Shown: positions 52,486 to 63,079, counted from the first letter of the whole stretch. The stretch: 63,258 bases of DNA, filler included, from 5 parts of 5 records of this genome joined end to end with filler, not necessarily neighbours in it, one strand, 5' to 3'. Notes: a model not told the origin generated them from the letters alone. Program-made: numbers and translations.

Positions 52486-53697
52486 ATGGCCCATTCAACA
52501 CGTACACTTGTACTGATCGGCATCGGGGTCACGCTTGTGGCCGGGCTGTCTTATTTCAGTTTCCGCACCGATCCCGTTGCTGTCGATCTGGCAACGGTCA
52601 CCCGAGGGCCGCTTGAGGTGACCATAAATGCGGATGGCCAGACGCAGGTGCGTGATCTGTTCGAAGTCGCCTCGCCGATCATAGGGACAGCGATGCGGTC
52701 ACCCGTCGCCGAGGGGGATAGCGTGCGCAAAGGCGAAACTGTCGTTGCGATTGTAAAGCCGTCTTCGGCGGGGTTGCTGGACGCGCGGGCACAGCTTCAG
52801 GCAGAGGCCGCGTTGCAAGAGGCAACAGCCGCGCGGCTGGTTGCCCAAGCCGATCTGAAACAGGCCGAGGAAACAGCGCATTTTGCACAGTCGCAATTTG
52901 AAAGAACGCAGGCGCTGGTGACACGCGGCGTTGCCTCTGTCACCCGGTTGGAAGATGCCACCCAAAGTCTGGCCGTCGCGAATGCCACGATTGAGGCGGC
53001 TCAAGCACGGATCGAGATGGCAGATGGCGCAATTGAACGGGCGCGCGCCAGTCTGTTGCCCCCTGAAAGTAGAAACGTCACCCCGGATAGCTGCTGTGTC
53101 CAGTTGACAGCCCCTGCGGACGGGGTTGTTTTATCGGTTGCTGCCATCAGCGAACGGCCCGTGTCCATCGGGACGCCTTTGGTTGGCATTGGCGATCCTG
53201 GCCAGCTTGAACTGGTGGCCGACATTTTGTCGAATGATGCCGTGCGCCTGAAACCCGGTGCCTTGGCCTATGTCGAGCGTTGGGGCGGCGAAGAGGTGTT
53301 GGAGGCAAGGCTTGACCGGATCGACCCCAAAGCGCGCACAAAGATTTCGGCGCTTGGGATCGAAGAACAGCGTGTTGATGCGTATTTCCAGCTGGTCAGC
53401 CCCATAGAAAACCGTCCTAGCCTTGGGGATGGGTTTTCGGTCTTTCTGCGGGTTGTTGAATGGCGTGCCGAGGATGTCTTGCAAATTCCGCTAAGCGCCG
53501 CCTTTAGAAATGACACGGGCTGGGCGGTGTTTGTGGATTTGGACGGGGTCGCTGAAAAGCGGGCCGTTACACTGGGCCGGCGCAACGACCGCATGGTCGA
53601 GGTGATACAGGGGTTGGAGTTCTCCGAACATGTTGTCACGCACCCCAGCGACGCGATTGCCGCCGGTGTGGCACTGGTGGAAAGGTCGCAGCTATGA
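52486..53697 (+). CDS. HlyD-family periplasmic adaptor subunit
   Basis: N-terminal TM, EGDSV lipoyl half, helical hairpin, APADGVV, ISALGIEEQRV. Confidence 0.92.
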   Translation: MAHSTRTLVLIGIGVTLVAGLSYFSFRTDPVAVDLATVTRGPLEVTINADGQTQVRDLFEVASPIIGTAMRSPVAEGDSVRKGETVVAIVKPSSAGLLDARAQLQAEAALQEATAARLVAQADLKQAEETAHFAQSQFERTQALVTRGVASVTRLEDATQSLAVANATIEAAQARIEMADGAIERARASLLPPESRNVTPDSCCVQLTAPADGVVLSVAAISERPVSIGTPLVGIGDPGQLELVADILSNDAVRLKPGALAYVERWGGEEVLEARLDRIDPKARTKISALGIEEQRVDAYFQLVSPIENRPSLGDGFSVFLRVVEWRAEDVLQIPLSAAFRNDTGWAVFVDLDGVAEKRAVTLGRRNDRMVEVIQGLEFSEHVVTHPSDAIAAGVALVERSQL

Positions 53698-55345
53698 GCA
53701 CCGAACAAGTCGACCCGCGCGGGCTCGATGCATATTGGCACTCAACACTTGGGCGGTTAACGTGTGGCCTGTCCTCTGCGGCCCTGACCACGGCATATGT
53801 CGATTGGTTGATGCACATGGCGGGGTCCCCGAGAAGCGATTTCAACAGGCCAGACAAGTCATGGCGCACAAGGCCCCGGCCGAGGTGGGACCCGACCCGA
53901 GGTTCTCTGACGCGGTGTGGAAACGTTTCTCATTCAACGTCTATGCACAACAGTTTCTGGCAGCCCAAAACTGGTGGGACCTTGCGACGACGGATGTCCC
54001 CGGTCTTGAGGTCAAACATGTGCAGATCGTCAATTTCGCCGCACGGCAGTGGATTGATATGATCTCGCCCTCAAACTTTGCCATGACGAACCCACAGGTG
54101 CAGGTGCGCACACGGGAGGAGCTTGGGCAGAACCCGATGCGCGGTGACCGCTATCGGATCGAGGATTTCAACCGGTTGCTAACCAAGCTGCCGCGCAAAA
54201 CAAGTGAATATACCGTCGGCCAAGACTTGGCAGCGGCTCCCGGCGATGTCATTTTACGAAATGAACTAATCGAATTGATCCAGTACCGGCCGACAACCGC
54301 CAAACTACGGCCCGAACCGATCCTGATCGTTCCCGCCTGGATCATGAAATATTACGTGCTGGACCTGACCGCGCAGCAGTCGCTGGTGACATATCTGCGA
54401 GATCAGGGTTTCGAAGTCTTCATCATATCGTGGAAGAACCCCGATAATGGCGACGCGGAATTGTCGATGCAGGACTATGTCGAGCTGGGGATGCGTGCCG
54501 CCATCACCAAGATCAAGCAACTGGGGCATGACCGGCTTCATACAGCATGCTATTGTCTGGGCGGTACTCTTTTGGCCATCGTCGCGGCTGCAATGGCACG
54601 GGATCACGATGACAGCCTTGCAAGCAGCAGCCTGCTTGCGGCCCAAGTGGATATTTCCGAACCCGGCGAGTTGGGGTTGTTCATCAACGAAAGCCAGGTG
54701 GCCTTTCTGGAAGACATGATGGCGACGCAAGGGTATCTCAAGGCGGACCAGATGGCCGGGGCATTCCAGTTGCGCCGCTCGAACGATCTGATCTGGAGCC
54801 GCGTTATACGCCATTACCTGCTGGACGAACGCACACATGCCAACCCGCTGATGGCATGGAACGCTGACGCCACCCGCATGCCGGCGGGGATGCATTCGCA
54901 ATACCTGCGGCACTTGTTCTTGGGAAACGAGCTGGCCAAGGGGCAGTTCAAAGTGGACGGCACCACCATCGCGCTAAGCGACATCCGCGCCAAGATATAC
55001 TGTCTGGCCACGGTGACGGATCACGTATCACCGTGGCAATCTGTTTACCGGCTGTCGTTGCTGACAGACACGGATGTGACGTTTGTTTTGACAAACGGCG
55101 GGCATAACGGTGGCATTTTGTCGGAACCCGGCCACGCGGGTCGGCATTTTCGCTGCGGGCACAAGGCCGAAGGCAACGCGCATACCGCAGCATCGGACTG
55201 GTTTGAAAAGCACCAACCCCGCGATGGTTCGTGGTGGCCAAATTGGGTGCAGTGGTTAAACAAACGCAGTAGTCCAGCCAGAAATCCGCGGGCTGCCGAT
55301 TTTGATGTATTAGATGCCGCGCCCCGTCGCTATGTCATGGGCTGA
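53694..55345 (+). pseudogene. phaC: Class I PHA synthase with an apparent 1-nt frameshift near 53832
   Basis: N-terminus (RLTCGLS...AYVDW...GSP) is in one frame; the rest (SPSNF, PAWIMKYY, YCLGG, DHVSPW, GGH) is in another. Confidence 0.8.
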
Positions 55346-55458
55346 GGTCAGGTGAGTTACGCCATGCTGAAATTTCACCACGGGATTGGTCGCGCTCAGG
55401 CGGCCACCAGACGTCTGCCGGATGCCAGACCCCAAACCCTGATAGTTGAGGCACACCA

Positions 55459-58035
55459 GTGACCGAAATTGCGCGACAGACCGGTTTAACAGCGCAAGAG
55501 GCCCTTGCCGCGCGGCAAATCCACGGCTGGAATGAACTGCCTGTGGTGGCGCGATCCGGTCCGTTTCGGGTATGGTTGCGCCAATTCTCCAGTTTCCTTG
55601 TACTGATCCTGATCATCGCTGCCGCCATCGCGCTTGCCTTGGGTGAAAGGGTCGATGCGATCACAATCGGTCTTGTGGTCATGTTAAACGCCACATTGGG
55701 ATTTGTTCAGGAATGGAAGGCAGAAACCGCCCTCGCATCCTTGCGAAAAATGCTGTCCCCCCAAGCAATGGTGCTGCGCGATGGTCAGGAACAAATGATC
55801 CCGGCCCGCGACATTGTACCCGGCGATATCCTTGTGCTCGCGCCCGGTGCAAAGGTGGCAGCCGACGGGGTCGTGGTTCGCGCTGCGGAACTACAGGTCG
55901 ATGAAAGTGTCCTGACCGGTGAATCCGTGCCAGTTGCCAAGGATGGCACAGAAAGCGGGCGGGACCTATTTGCCGGAACGTCTGTCATCGCCGGGCGGGC
56001 AGAAGCGCGGGTTACAGCCACCGGTGCAAATACCGAATTCGGCAAGATTGCACATCTGACAGGATCGGTTGGGCCAAAGGCAACGAACCTGCAAAACAAG
56101 CTGGGCCAACTCGCCCGTCAACTGGGCGCAGCCGCGCTGCTTGTTGCAGCCGCGGTCACAGGGCTGGGCTTACTGCTGGGGCGTGATCTGACCGAAATGG
56201 TGATGACGGGGCTTTCTTTGTCTGTCGCAATGGTGCCCGAAGGTCTGCCCGCGGTGGTCACGATCACACTTGCACTTGGGGCCGCAGCAATGGTGCGCCG
56301 GAACGCCTTGGCGCGCCATTTGCAGGCCGTCGAAACGCTGGGTGCCGCTTCGGTCATTTGTACGGACAAGACCGGCACGCTGACCGAAAACAAGATGACC
56401 GCGACGCAGGTCTGGACGATGGATCGCACCTATGACGTCACCGGAACAGGCTATGATCCCGCCGGACATATCGCAGTTGACGGGGCACGTCTGCGCGCAG
56501 CGGATGATCCTGTGCTTTCCGCGCTTTTGCAAGTTGGGCTTTATTGCAGCCATGCCCATCTGAAACACGAAGGTGATCACTGGCAAATGACTGGTACCCC
56601 TACCGAAGGGGCGCTGATTACCCTTGGCTACAAAGGTTGGTGCGACCTGCCCAATGAACGCGGCTTGCTGGCTGAAATCCCGTTCAGCAGCGCGCGCAAG
56701 CGGATGTCGGTGTTGTATCAATCGGAAAACGAGACATCGGTATTGACCAAAGGCGCGCCCGAACAAGTGCTTGAAGTGTGTACTCAGGTCATGACCCAAA
56801 CCGGTGTGCGACCACTGCAACCCGCAGATCATGACACTATTTCACAAGCCTTTCAGCACCTCGCAGAAAAAGGGTTGAGGGTAATCGGCCTTGCCCGCCG
56901 GGTCGCAACCACGCAGCAGATGACCGAGGAAGGGCTGACATTTCTAGGTTTGGTCGGCTTGATCGACCCCCCAAGATCCGAGGTGCGCGACGCAATTTCG
57001 CTCGCAAGGGCGGCGGGGATCAAAGTCATCATGATCACCGGCGACAGCCCCATCACGGCGGGTGCGATCGCGAACCAGTTGTCGTTGAGCGTAACCCGGC
57101 ACTTGACCGGCGCTGATCTTGATAAACTGGACGACGCCGAGCTTGATGATCTGTTGCAAGGCGAGGTCCTGTTCGCACGTACCAAGCCCGAACAGAAGAT
57201 GCGCATCGTTTCCGCGCTGCAAGCGCAGGGTCAGATCGTTGCAATGACCGGCGACGGGGTGAACGACGCCCCCGCCCTGAAACAGGCCGACATTGGCGTG
57301 TCGATGGGGATCAGAGGAACCGATGTGGCCCGTGACGCCTCTGATCTGGTGCTGCTGGACGACAATTTCGCAACCATCGTCCGCGCCATCGGCGAAGGTC
57401 GGCGCCAGTTCGCCAATGTTCAGAAATTCGTCCGCTATCTGTTGTCATCCAATGCCGGCGAAGTCGTCGCCTTGGTCGTCAACATTGCCATTGGCGGCCC
57501 GCTTGTATTCCTTGCCACGCAAATTTTGTGGATGAATCTTGTTACCGACGGCGTGACAGCGGTTGCACTGGGGTTGGAAAAATCGGAACCCGACCAGATG
57601 CGTCAAAGACCCCGTCGCAAAGATACCCCGATCCTTGGCGTCAGCGGCGTCGTCACCATCCTTGTTTTGGGAACCTATACCGGCCTGTCGAGCCTCTGGA
57701 TATTTTTTCATCTGATGGATTTCGGGGTCGAACTGGCGCGGACTACAGGCTTCACTGGCATGGTGGTTTTTGAAAAAGTTAGCGTTTTTGCCTTCCGTTC
57801 TTTGCGTCTGCCTAGCTGGAAAATTGGGTTGTTCAGCAACCCGTTTTTGTTGCTGGCGCTGACCGTTACATTGGGCGCTCAGGTACTGGCCATCTACTGG
57901 CCGCCCTTGCAAACGCTTTTACACACCGTCCCGATGGGGCGCGACGAATGGGCTTTGATTGCCGTATTTGCGCTTCCTATCCTTGTGGTGCCCGAAGTGT
58001 TCAAGGCTTTGGGGCTCGGGCTTCAACGCGCGTAA
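55459..58035 (+). CDS. Cation-translocating P-type ATPase (type IIA, Ca2+-like)
   Basis: TGES, PEGLP, DKTGT, KGAPE, TGDGVNDAPAL, ILWMNLVTD. Confidence 0.95.
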   Translation: MTEIARQTGLTAQEALAARQIHGWNELPVVARSGPFRVWLRQFSSFLVLILIIAAAIALALGERVDAITIGLVVMLNATLGFVQEWKAETALASLRKMLSPQAMVLRDGQEQMIPARDIVPGDILVLAPGAKVAADGVVVRAAELQVDESVLTGESVPVAKDGTESGRDLFAGTSVIAGRAEARVTATGANTEFGKIAHLTGSVGPKATNLQNKLGQLARQLGAAALLVAAAVTGLGLLLGRDLTEMVMTGLSLSVAMVPEGLPAVVTITLALGAAAMVRRNALARHLQAVETLGAASVICTDKTGTLTENKMTATQVWTMDRTYDVTGTGYDPAGHIAVDGARLRAADDPVLSALLQVGLYCSHAHLKHEGDHWQMTGTPTEGALITLGYKGWCDLPNERGLLAEIPFSSARKRMSVLYQSENETSVLTKGAPEQVLEVCTQVMTQTGVRPLQPADHDTISQAFQHLAEKGLRVIGLARRVATTQQMTEEGLTFLGLVGLIDPPRSEVRDAISLARAAGIKVIMITGDSPITAGAIANQLSLSVTRHLTGADLDKLDDAELDDLLQGEVLFARTKPEQKMRIVSALQAQGQIVAMTGDGVNDAPALKQADIGVSMGIRGTDVARDASDLVLLDDNFATIVRAIGEGRRQFANVQKFVRYLLSSNAGEVVALVVNIAIGGPLVFLATQILWMNLVTDGVTAVALGLEKSEPDQMRQRPRRKDTPILGVSGVVTILVLGTYTGLSSLWIFFHLMDFGVELARTTGFTGMVVFEKVSVFAFRSLRLPSWKIGLFSNPFLLLALTVTLGAQVLAIYWPPLQTLLHTVPMGRDEWALIAVFALPILVVPEVFKALGLGLQRA

Positions 58036-59060
58036 TAATATGCGACAAGGCTTGCGAGGAACGTGATCAGCACAAGGATTGAATCCAGCCCGAATACGCC
58101 AATCCGCAGCTTGCGCCGGACAATCAATCCGATCAGGTAAATCGCTGTCACAGTCAGGCCGAACCCCAACGCAAGGCTGACCATACGGGATGTGTTTTGC
58201 AATATCGGCCCCGAACGAAAAAGGATGTCGGCAGGGAAAACCAGAACCAACATGATCAGATTGCTGCCAAATATGTTCGAGATGGCCAAAGTATAGGCCC
58301 CGATACGCACCGCCGCGATGCTGGTGCTTAGTTCGGGAAGCGACGTCGCCGCAGCCAGTAACGTAACCCCGATGAAGCCCGTGCCAAGACCGGATCGATC
58401 AGCAATGCGTTCGGCAAACAAGACCAGCAACAGTCCGAAAACCAAAATCACGATACACGCAGCAATGGCTTGCCAGATCAGGCTTTTGTTTGCTGTCTGC
58501 GCCAGACCTGAGGGGGCCGGAAAGGCAAGCGGATCAGGGTCTGGCAGATCAACGGGGACCCAATCACTGTTGTCATCATAGCGGCGCAATAGCCAAATCG
58601 CCCCGACATAGACCGCAGCAATGGCTATACTGCCAAAGCCCACGCCTGAAATGACAAATGTCTCGCCCAGATTGGTGATGACCAAGGTCACGGACAGCAG
58701 CAGCACCAGCAACGTGGCCTCTAGCGCGTGGTTTGCCTTGCGCGGATAATTTGTAATCGGCCCGCGTGCTCCGAAATCTGCCATCGCCAAAATCGCCGTC
58801 TGAAGCGCAATGCCTCCGAAAAGGTTGTTCAAAACCAGGTCACGAGATTGTTGTACCGCAGCGGAAAGCGTCGTCGCGACCTCTGGCAGGGATGTTGCCA
58901 GTGACAAAAGCAATAGGCCGACAATAGATTTGGCCAGCTTGAACCGGTCTGACAGGGCATCTGCCAGATAAGCCAGCCTCGCACCCGCAATCCAAACGCA
59001 ACCCGCGCTTAGGGTGAATAAAATCAAGCTTTGTATCAGGGACGTGACCGGGATTTGCAT
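58023..59060 (-). CDS. Sodium:calcium antiporter (CaCA family)
   Basis: ATSLPE twice, NNLFGG, SNIFGSN; multiple TM helices. Confidence 0.9.
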   Translation of the reverse strand: MQIPVTSLIQSLILFTLSAGCVWIAGARLAYLADALSDRFKLAKSIVGLLLLSLATSLPEVATTLSAAVQQSRDLVLNNLFGGIALQTAILAMADFGARGPITNYPRKANHALEATLLVLLLSVTLVITNLGETFVISGVGFGSIAIAAVYVGAIWLLRRYDDNSDWVPVDLPDPDPLAFPAPSGLAQTANKSLIWQAIAACIVILVFGLLLVLFAERIADRSGLGTGFIGVTLLAAATSLPELSTSIAAVRIGAYTLAISNIFGSNLIMLVLVFPADILFRSGPILQNTSRMVSLALGFGLTVTAIYLIGLIVRRKLRIGVFGLDSILVLITFLASLVAYYYAR

Positions 59061-59093
59061 CACTGCTATCTAGCAAATTATCGCATCTTTGCT

Positions 59094-59107
59094 TTGACAT
59101 GGCTCAA
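59094..59107. promoter_or_regulatory. FNR-type box
   Basis: TTGAC-ATGG-CTCAA between the antiporter and the divergent protease remnant. Confidence 0.55.
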
Positions 59108-59208
59108 TTCAAATATGGTGTGGGGGGCAAGCTTGAAGGCCCTTTTTGAGCGATGCCAATTCGCCGCGACGCTTTCGCGTTAGGTTCAAAGCATATTAGG
59201 AGCCTGCT

Positions 59209-59279
59209 ACATTCTCAAATGCTGTGAAGCTATTTTCCATCAATGGGTTCGACATCAAGGTCGATCCCAGCTGGCTAAT
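59209..59279 (+). pseudogene. 5' remnant of a site-2 protease (M50) family gene cut by an IS3
   Basis: After an AGGAG RBS it reads FSNAVKLFSINGFDIKVDPSWL, a typical S2P N-terminus; no intact ATG; ends at the IS boundary. Confidence 0.55.
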
Positions 59280-60361
59280 TGAGCTTCCCCTGAAATTCGG
59301 ACACTGACGTAAGCTACGATTTGTTGTCTGCTGACCTTCAACACGAAGGAGATCAGAAATGTCGAAACGGAAGCAACATCATCCAGAGTTCAAGGCCAAG
59401 GTCGCGTTAGGGCTTAGAAAGGGGAAGAGACGGTCAGCGAACTGGCAAGCCGGTTTAGGGTGCATCCCACGATGATCCACCACTGGCAACGAACTTTGTT
59501 GGAAGGCGCGTCAGGCGTATTTGAGCGTGGCGGTCGCAAGGCACCAGAAGTCTATGAGGGGCAAGTTAAAGACCTGCACGCCAAGATCGGAGAGTTGGCC
59601 GTCACCAATGATTTTTTGGCCAGAAAGCTCAAACCCTGGACCGGCAAGTGAGGCGCAAGATGATCGAACGCGCCAATACCAACCTGTCCGTCGGGAAGCA
59701 GTGCAAGCTGTTGTCGATCTCGCGGTCATCATTTTACTACGAGCCCAAGGGTGAAAGTGAGATGAACCTCGTCCTGATGCGCGTGATTGATAGGCAGTTT
59801 CTGGAAACCCCGTTTTACGGCGTGCGTCAGATGACCTGGCACCTGCGCAATGACGACCACCCCGTTTACGAAAAGCGGATCAGACGCCTGATGCGGCTGA
59901 TGGGATTGATGCCGATCTATCAAAAGCCAAATACCAGCAAGGCTGCAAAGGGACACAAGATTTACCCTTACTTACTGCGTGGCCATCATGGACTGGCACA
60001 CCCGCAAGGTTCTGGCGTGGCGTATCTCGATTGACGGAAAAAGGCCGCTTTCTAACCTCTCGGGATCGTGCGGCGCATAACCCTGCCGGGCAACAGATCA
60101 ACATCTTTGTTGAGCGACTGTGGCGGTCGCTAAAATATGAATGCGTCTACTTACACGCCTAGGAAACCGGAACAGAGGCCAAGGCTGGCGTTAGAAAATG
60201 GATCGAGTTCTACAATCACAAACGGCCACATTCCGCTCTTGGTGGGCAACCACCTGCCGTGGTCTATTGGCAAAGGAATGAAACTCCAAACCCCGATCAG
60301 CAGGTGCAAAAAGTAGCTTAATTTACGTCAGAATCTGTCCAATAAATGGGGGGGTAGCTCA
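59280..60361 (+). mobile_element. Degenerate IS3-family element
   Basis: Ends TGAGCTTCCCC / GGGGTAGCTCA; orfA MSKRKQHHPEFKAKVAL is frameshifted; orfB has deletions and a TAG after ERLWRSLKYECVYLHA. Confidence 0.9.
60055..60095 (+). repeat. ~41-bp hairpin element, copy C
   Basis: ACCTCTCGGGATCGTGC-GGC-GCATAACCCTGCCGGGCAACA sits between the GRFL and NIFVERLW codons of orfB. Confidence 0.7.
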
Positions 60362-60422
60362 GTTGGGGCTGTCACTGGGTGATCGCGACTAATATCGCCT
60401 CACAGCCATCGCAAAAACAATC

Positions 60423-60455
60423 AAACGCCACGATGATATCAAGCTAGTGGCGTTT
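60423..60455 (-). terminator. Putative intrinsic terminator
   Basis: AAACGCCAC/GTGGCGTTT stem just after the DUF2267 stop, with a T-rich tail on the minus strand. Confidence 0.55.
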
Positions 60456-60464
60456 TCTTTGGCC

Positions 60465-60896
60465 TTATGGTTGGGGCCACAGGTCGCGGATCTTTTCTGA
60501 CAGGGTGGCGCGAACATCTTCAACTTCACCAATGCTAAGACGGTTGTTCAACACATCGAAAACGCATTTGATATCCTCGCGCCCCCGGAATTCGGCTGTT
60601 TCGCTCATCTCGGCTGCGATGAAGGCCACGAATTCTTCGGCACTGCGTTCTTTGACCGGGGTTTTCTTTGGCACCCAGCCTTCAAAAAAGAACCCCCGTA
60701 TCAGCACAGGTAATTGCGCAGAAAACTGTGCCAGTTCGTCAACCACCAGATGATCCCGCAAGTGGTGCAGTGTCACCCGCAAAAGGCGCAGTACGCTGCG
60801 TTTTGAAGACCAATCAAGTCGATCTGCCAGTTCATTGATCCATTCGTGAGTCACATGAACGCTGTTGTCGATTACTTCCAAACCTTGGGCCGTCAT
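60465..60896 (-). CDS. DUF2267 domain protein
   Basis: THEWINEL...LRVTLHHLRDHL...AQLPVLIRG.FFEGW.P...GEVEDVRATL...RDLW. Confidence 0.88.
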   Translation of the reverse strand: MTAQGLEVIDNSVHVTHEWINELADRLDWSSKRSVLRLLRVTLHHLRDHLVVDELAQFSAQLPVLIRGFFFEGWVPKKTPVKERSAEEFVAFIAAEMSETAEFRGREDIKCVFDVLNNRLSIGEVEDVRATLSEKIRDLWPQP

Positions 60897-60916
60897 TTAT
60901 CTTCTCCTAATTCAGG

Positions 60917-62098
60917 TCAGTTGCTGAGTGGTTTCTGATCGGCATCCAATGCAGCGCCGGAATTGCCGAGCAGTGAATGCAAAACCGGGCGCGCCATTGC
61001 CCCGATGCCAAGTAAAACCAACGTGAAATTTGCCGCCCAGCCGATGAAGGGAATAAAATTCAGCAGGCCAACAAAGAGCAGCGCAGCCGCGAAAACCAGC
61101 AAGCGCGTAATATTATTGGGGTCGGTTGCACCGCCGAAACCCATCAAAAGCCGCATTGCGATGCTATAGGCACCCAACGCATAGCCCAGCGTCCAGGCGA
61201 CGATGATCGCCAGCAGTACGACAGGAACAAAGGGAATGCCCACGATGGTCATGGCAGTGATCGGCACCATGCCGAACAACACCGACAAACCAAGCACGCC
61301 CAGAAGAAAGATTTTGCCAGGGGCCTCTGTCACACTGCGGCGCATTTTCGACAAGCGGTTGGGCATAAAGCCCAACATCAAGGCACCAAGCACCAGGAAG
61401 AAAAGGATCGAGATCACGAAGGCAAAAAAGACGGACATGAATGTTGGGAAAGCGGGCATGTCTTTGCCCATATCCTGCCATTCCTCCCAGACATGGCCGT
61501 TTGAAATTTTCTCATATGACACGCGTTCAGCAGCGGCGACCCGATCGGGAATAGTGATCTTTTCCTTGGTGCTATACGTCAACGTGCCAGAGATGACTGC
61601 ATCGGGTCCAAACGACAGCGTTTGCGCCAGAATACGTGCATCGCCATTGATCGCAGCATTCAAGATGACGTCACTCCCTATCACGGACAACGCACCCTCA
61701 ACCGGTCCTTCAATCGTAACCGTGTTGCCCAGAAGGCGGGCGTTCCCTTGTGTCAAAGAGCCGGTCTCGGTTCGTAAGGAAAACCCCGCGGCAGTCAGAT
61801 CCTGCGCGACGGTGCTGCGGATCACCACGGCACCACCCAAAGCATAAAGATCCGCGAACACATCCGTGCCGACCGAAACATCAAACCCTGCAACATGCAG
61901 GTCACCCTGCGAGGCCCCGTTCACCTTGACCGCGCGTGCCGCCATAAAGGTGTCACCCGCCGTATCCACCGCTTGACTAAGCTGTGATCCGGCAAAAAAT
62001 GTATCCTTACCGTTTCTGATAGAAACTGTATCTGCCAAACAGGCCGTAGAAAGCCCGAGCGCAGTAATCGCCGCCAATACGTTTGTGAAAGTGAACAT
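60917..62098 (-). CDS. Exported beta-helix (bactofilin-like) domain fused to a multi-TM membrane domain
   Basis: Signal peptide, repeated GD[L/T]xxxG.xV units, then about six hydrophobic helices (TIVGIP, IPFIG). Confidence 0.75.
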   Translation of the reverse strand: MFTFTNVLAAITALGLSTACLADTVSIRNGKDTFFAGSQLSQAVDTAGDTFMAARAVKVNGASQGDLHVAGFDVSVGTDVFADLYALGGAVVIRSTVAQDLTAAGFSLRTETGSLTQGNARLLGNTVTIEGPVEGALSVIGSDVILNAAINGDARILAQTLSFGPDAVISGTLTYSTKEKITIPDRVAAAERVSYEKISNGHVWEEWQDMGKDMPAFPTFMSVFFAFVISILFFLVLGALMLGFMPNRLSKMRRSVTEAPGKIFLLGVLGLSVLFGMVPITAMTIVGIPFVPVVLLAIIVAWTLGYALGAYSIAMRLLMGFGGATDPNNITRLLVFAAALLFVGLLNFIPFIGWAANFTLVLLGIGAMARPVLHSLLGNSGAALDADQKPLSN

Positions 62099-62160
62099 GA
62101 AAAAGTTCCTTCAAAGGGTTCTGATTACCCCATTGGATAATTGAAAACCCGAAAACCCGA

Positions 62161-62174
62161 TTGACTGGGATCAA
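62161..62174. promoter_or_regulatory. FNR-type box
   Basis: TTGAC-TGGG-ATCAA centred between divergent genes starting at 62098 and 62240. Confidence 0.75.
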
Positions 62175-62239
62175 TTCAATCTTTCGAAGCTCCGCTAAAG
62201 TTTATTCGAGGATAGAATTTACCAACAAGGAGTGAACGC

Positions 62240-63079
62240 ATGGGACTGAAGACAATATTGGTCTGTCTGACCACCCTGGAGAATACCGAAACACTGTTGA
62301 AGGTAGCAGTCCCTTTGGCGCGCAAACACAACGCACATCTGATCGGATTACACACGGTCGAAGCGTTGTTGGTTTATCCAGGCATCGCCATGCATATCCC
62401 CGAACCGGCATTTGCCACGTTTAACGCGAGTCAGAAAAAAGTATCCGAAGCGATAAAAAAGGTCTTTGCAAAATACACGACGCCAGAAGATTTCGTGAGC
62501 GAGTTCCGGTTGGTCCGGGCCGAATCCTCATCTGCCGGCGAACGGATGATTGAATGCGCCCGTGCGGCTGATCTGGTGATCATGGCGCATGAAGACAAGG
62601 AAAACGATCGGTATGACCAGCGGCATGTCCAGACTGAGGTGATCCGCGAAAGCGGTCGCCCCGTTGTGATTGTTCCGTTGAATTACGATGGCCCCGAGAT
62701 CGGGAAAAACCTCCTGCTGGGCTGGAGCGACACGAGAGAAGCGGCCCGCGCCGCCCATGATTTGCTGGGGCTGGCTGATCCCGGTGCAAACCTGACAGTC
62801 TTGCGAGTTGGTAAGGCCCGCCAAGACCCTTTGAAGGACGGGGATGCCATTGATGTCGTCGAAATGTTTGCACGTCATGGTCTGAAATCCACGCTGGAGT
62901 ATCGTGAACAATCGGGTAGCAGCGTTGCCGATATCCTGAACAAGGCGGCTTTTGAAAATGGGGCAGACCTTATTGTGACTGGTGCTTTTGGCCACTCTCG
63001 GACCTATGATTTTGTCATTGGTGCAACCACCTATGCGCTGCTGCGTGATCAAAAAGTGCCGATCATGTTCAGCAAATAG
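62240..63079 (+). CDS. Universal stress protein (tandem USP domains)
   Basis: KTILVCL, ADLVIM, SGRPVVIVP, W.DTREAARA, GAFGHSR...GATT...VPIMFS. Confidence 0.93.
   Translation: MGLKTILVCLTTLENTETLLKVAVPLARKHNAHLIGLHTVEALLVYPGIAMHIPEPAFATFNASQKKVSEAIKKVFAKYTTPEDFVSEFRLVRAESSSAGERMIECARAADLVIMAHEDKENDRYDQRHVQTEVIRESGRPVVIVPLNYDGPEIGKNLLLGWSDTREAARAAHDLLGLADPGANLTVLRVGKARQDPLKDGDAIDVVEMFARHGLKSTLEYREQSGSSVADILNKAAFENGADLIVTGAFGHSRTYDFVIGATTYALLRDQKVPIMFSK

Noticed and set aside
58023-58035. 13-bp convergent overlap of ATPase and antiporter as a regulatory device
   Set aside because: Short 3' overlaps are common and nothing else supports a function.
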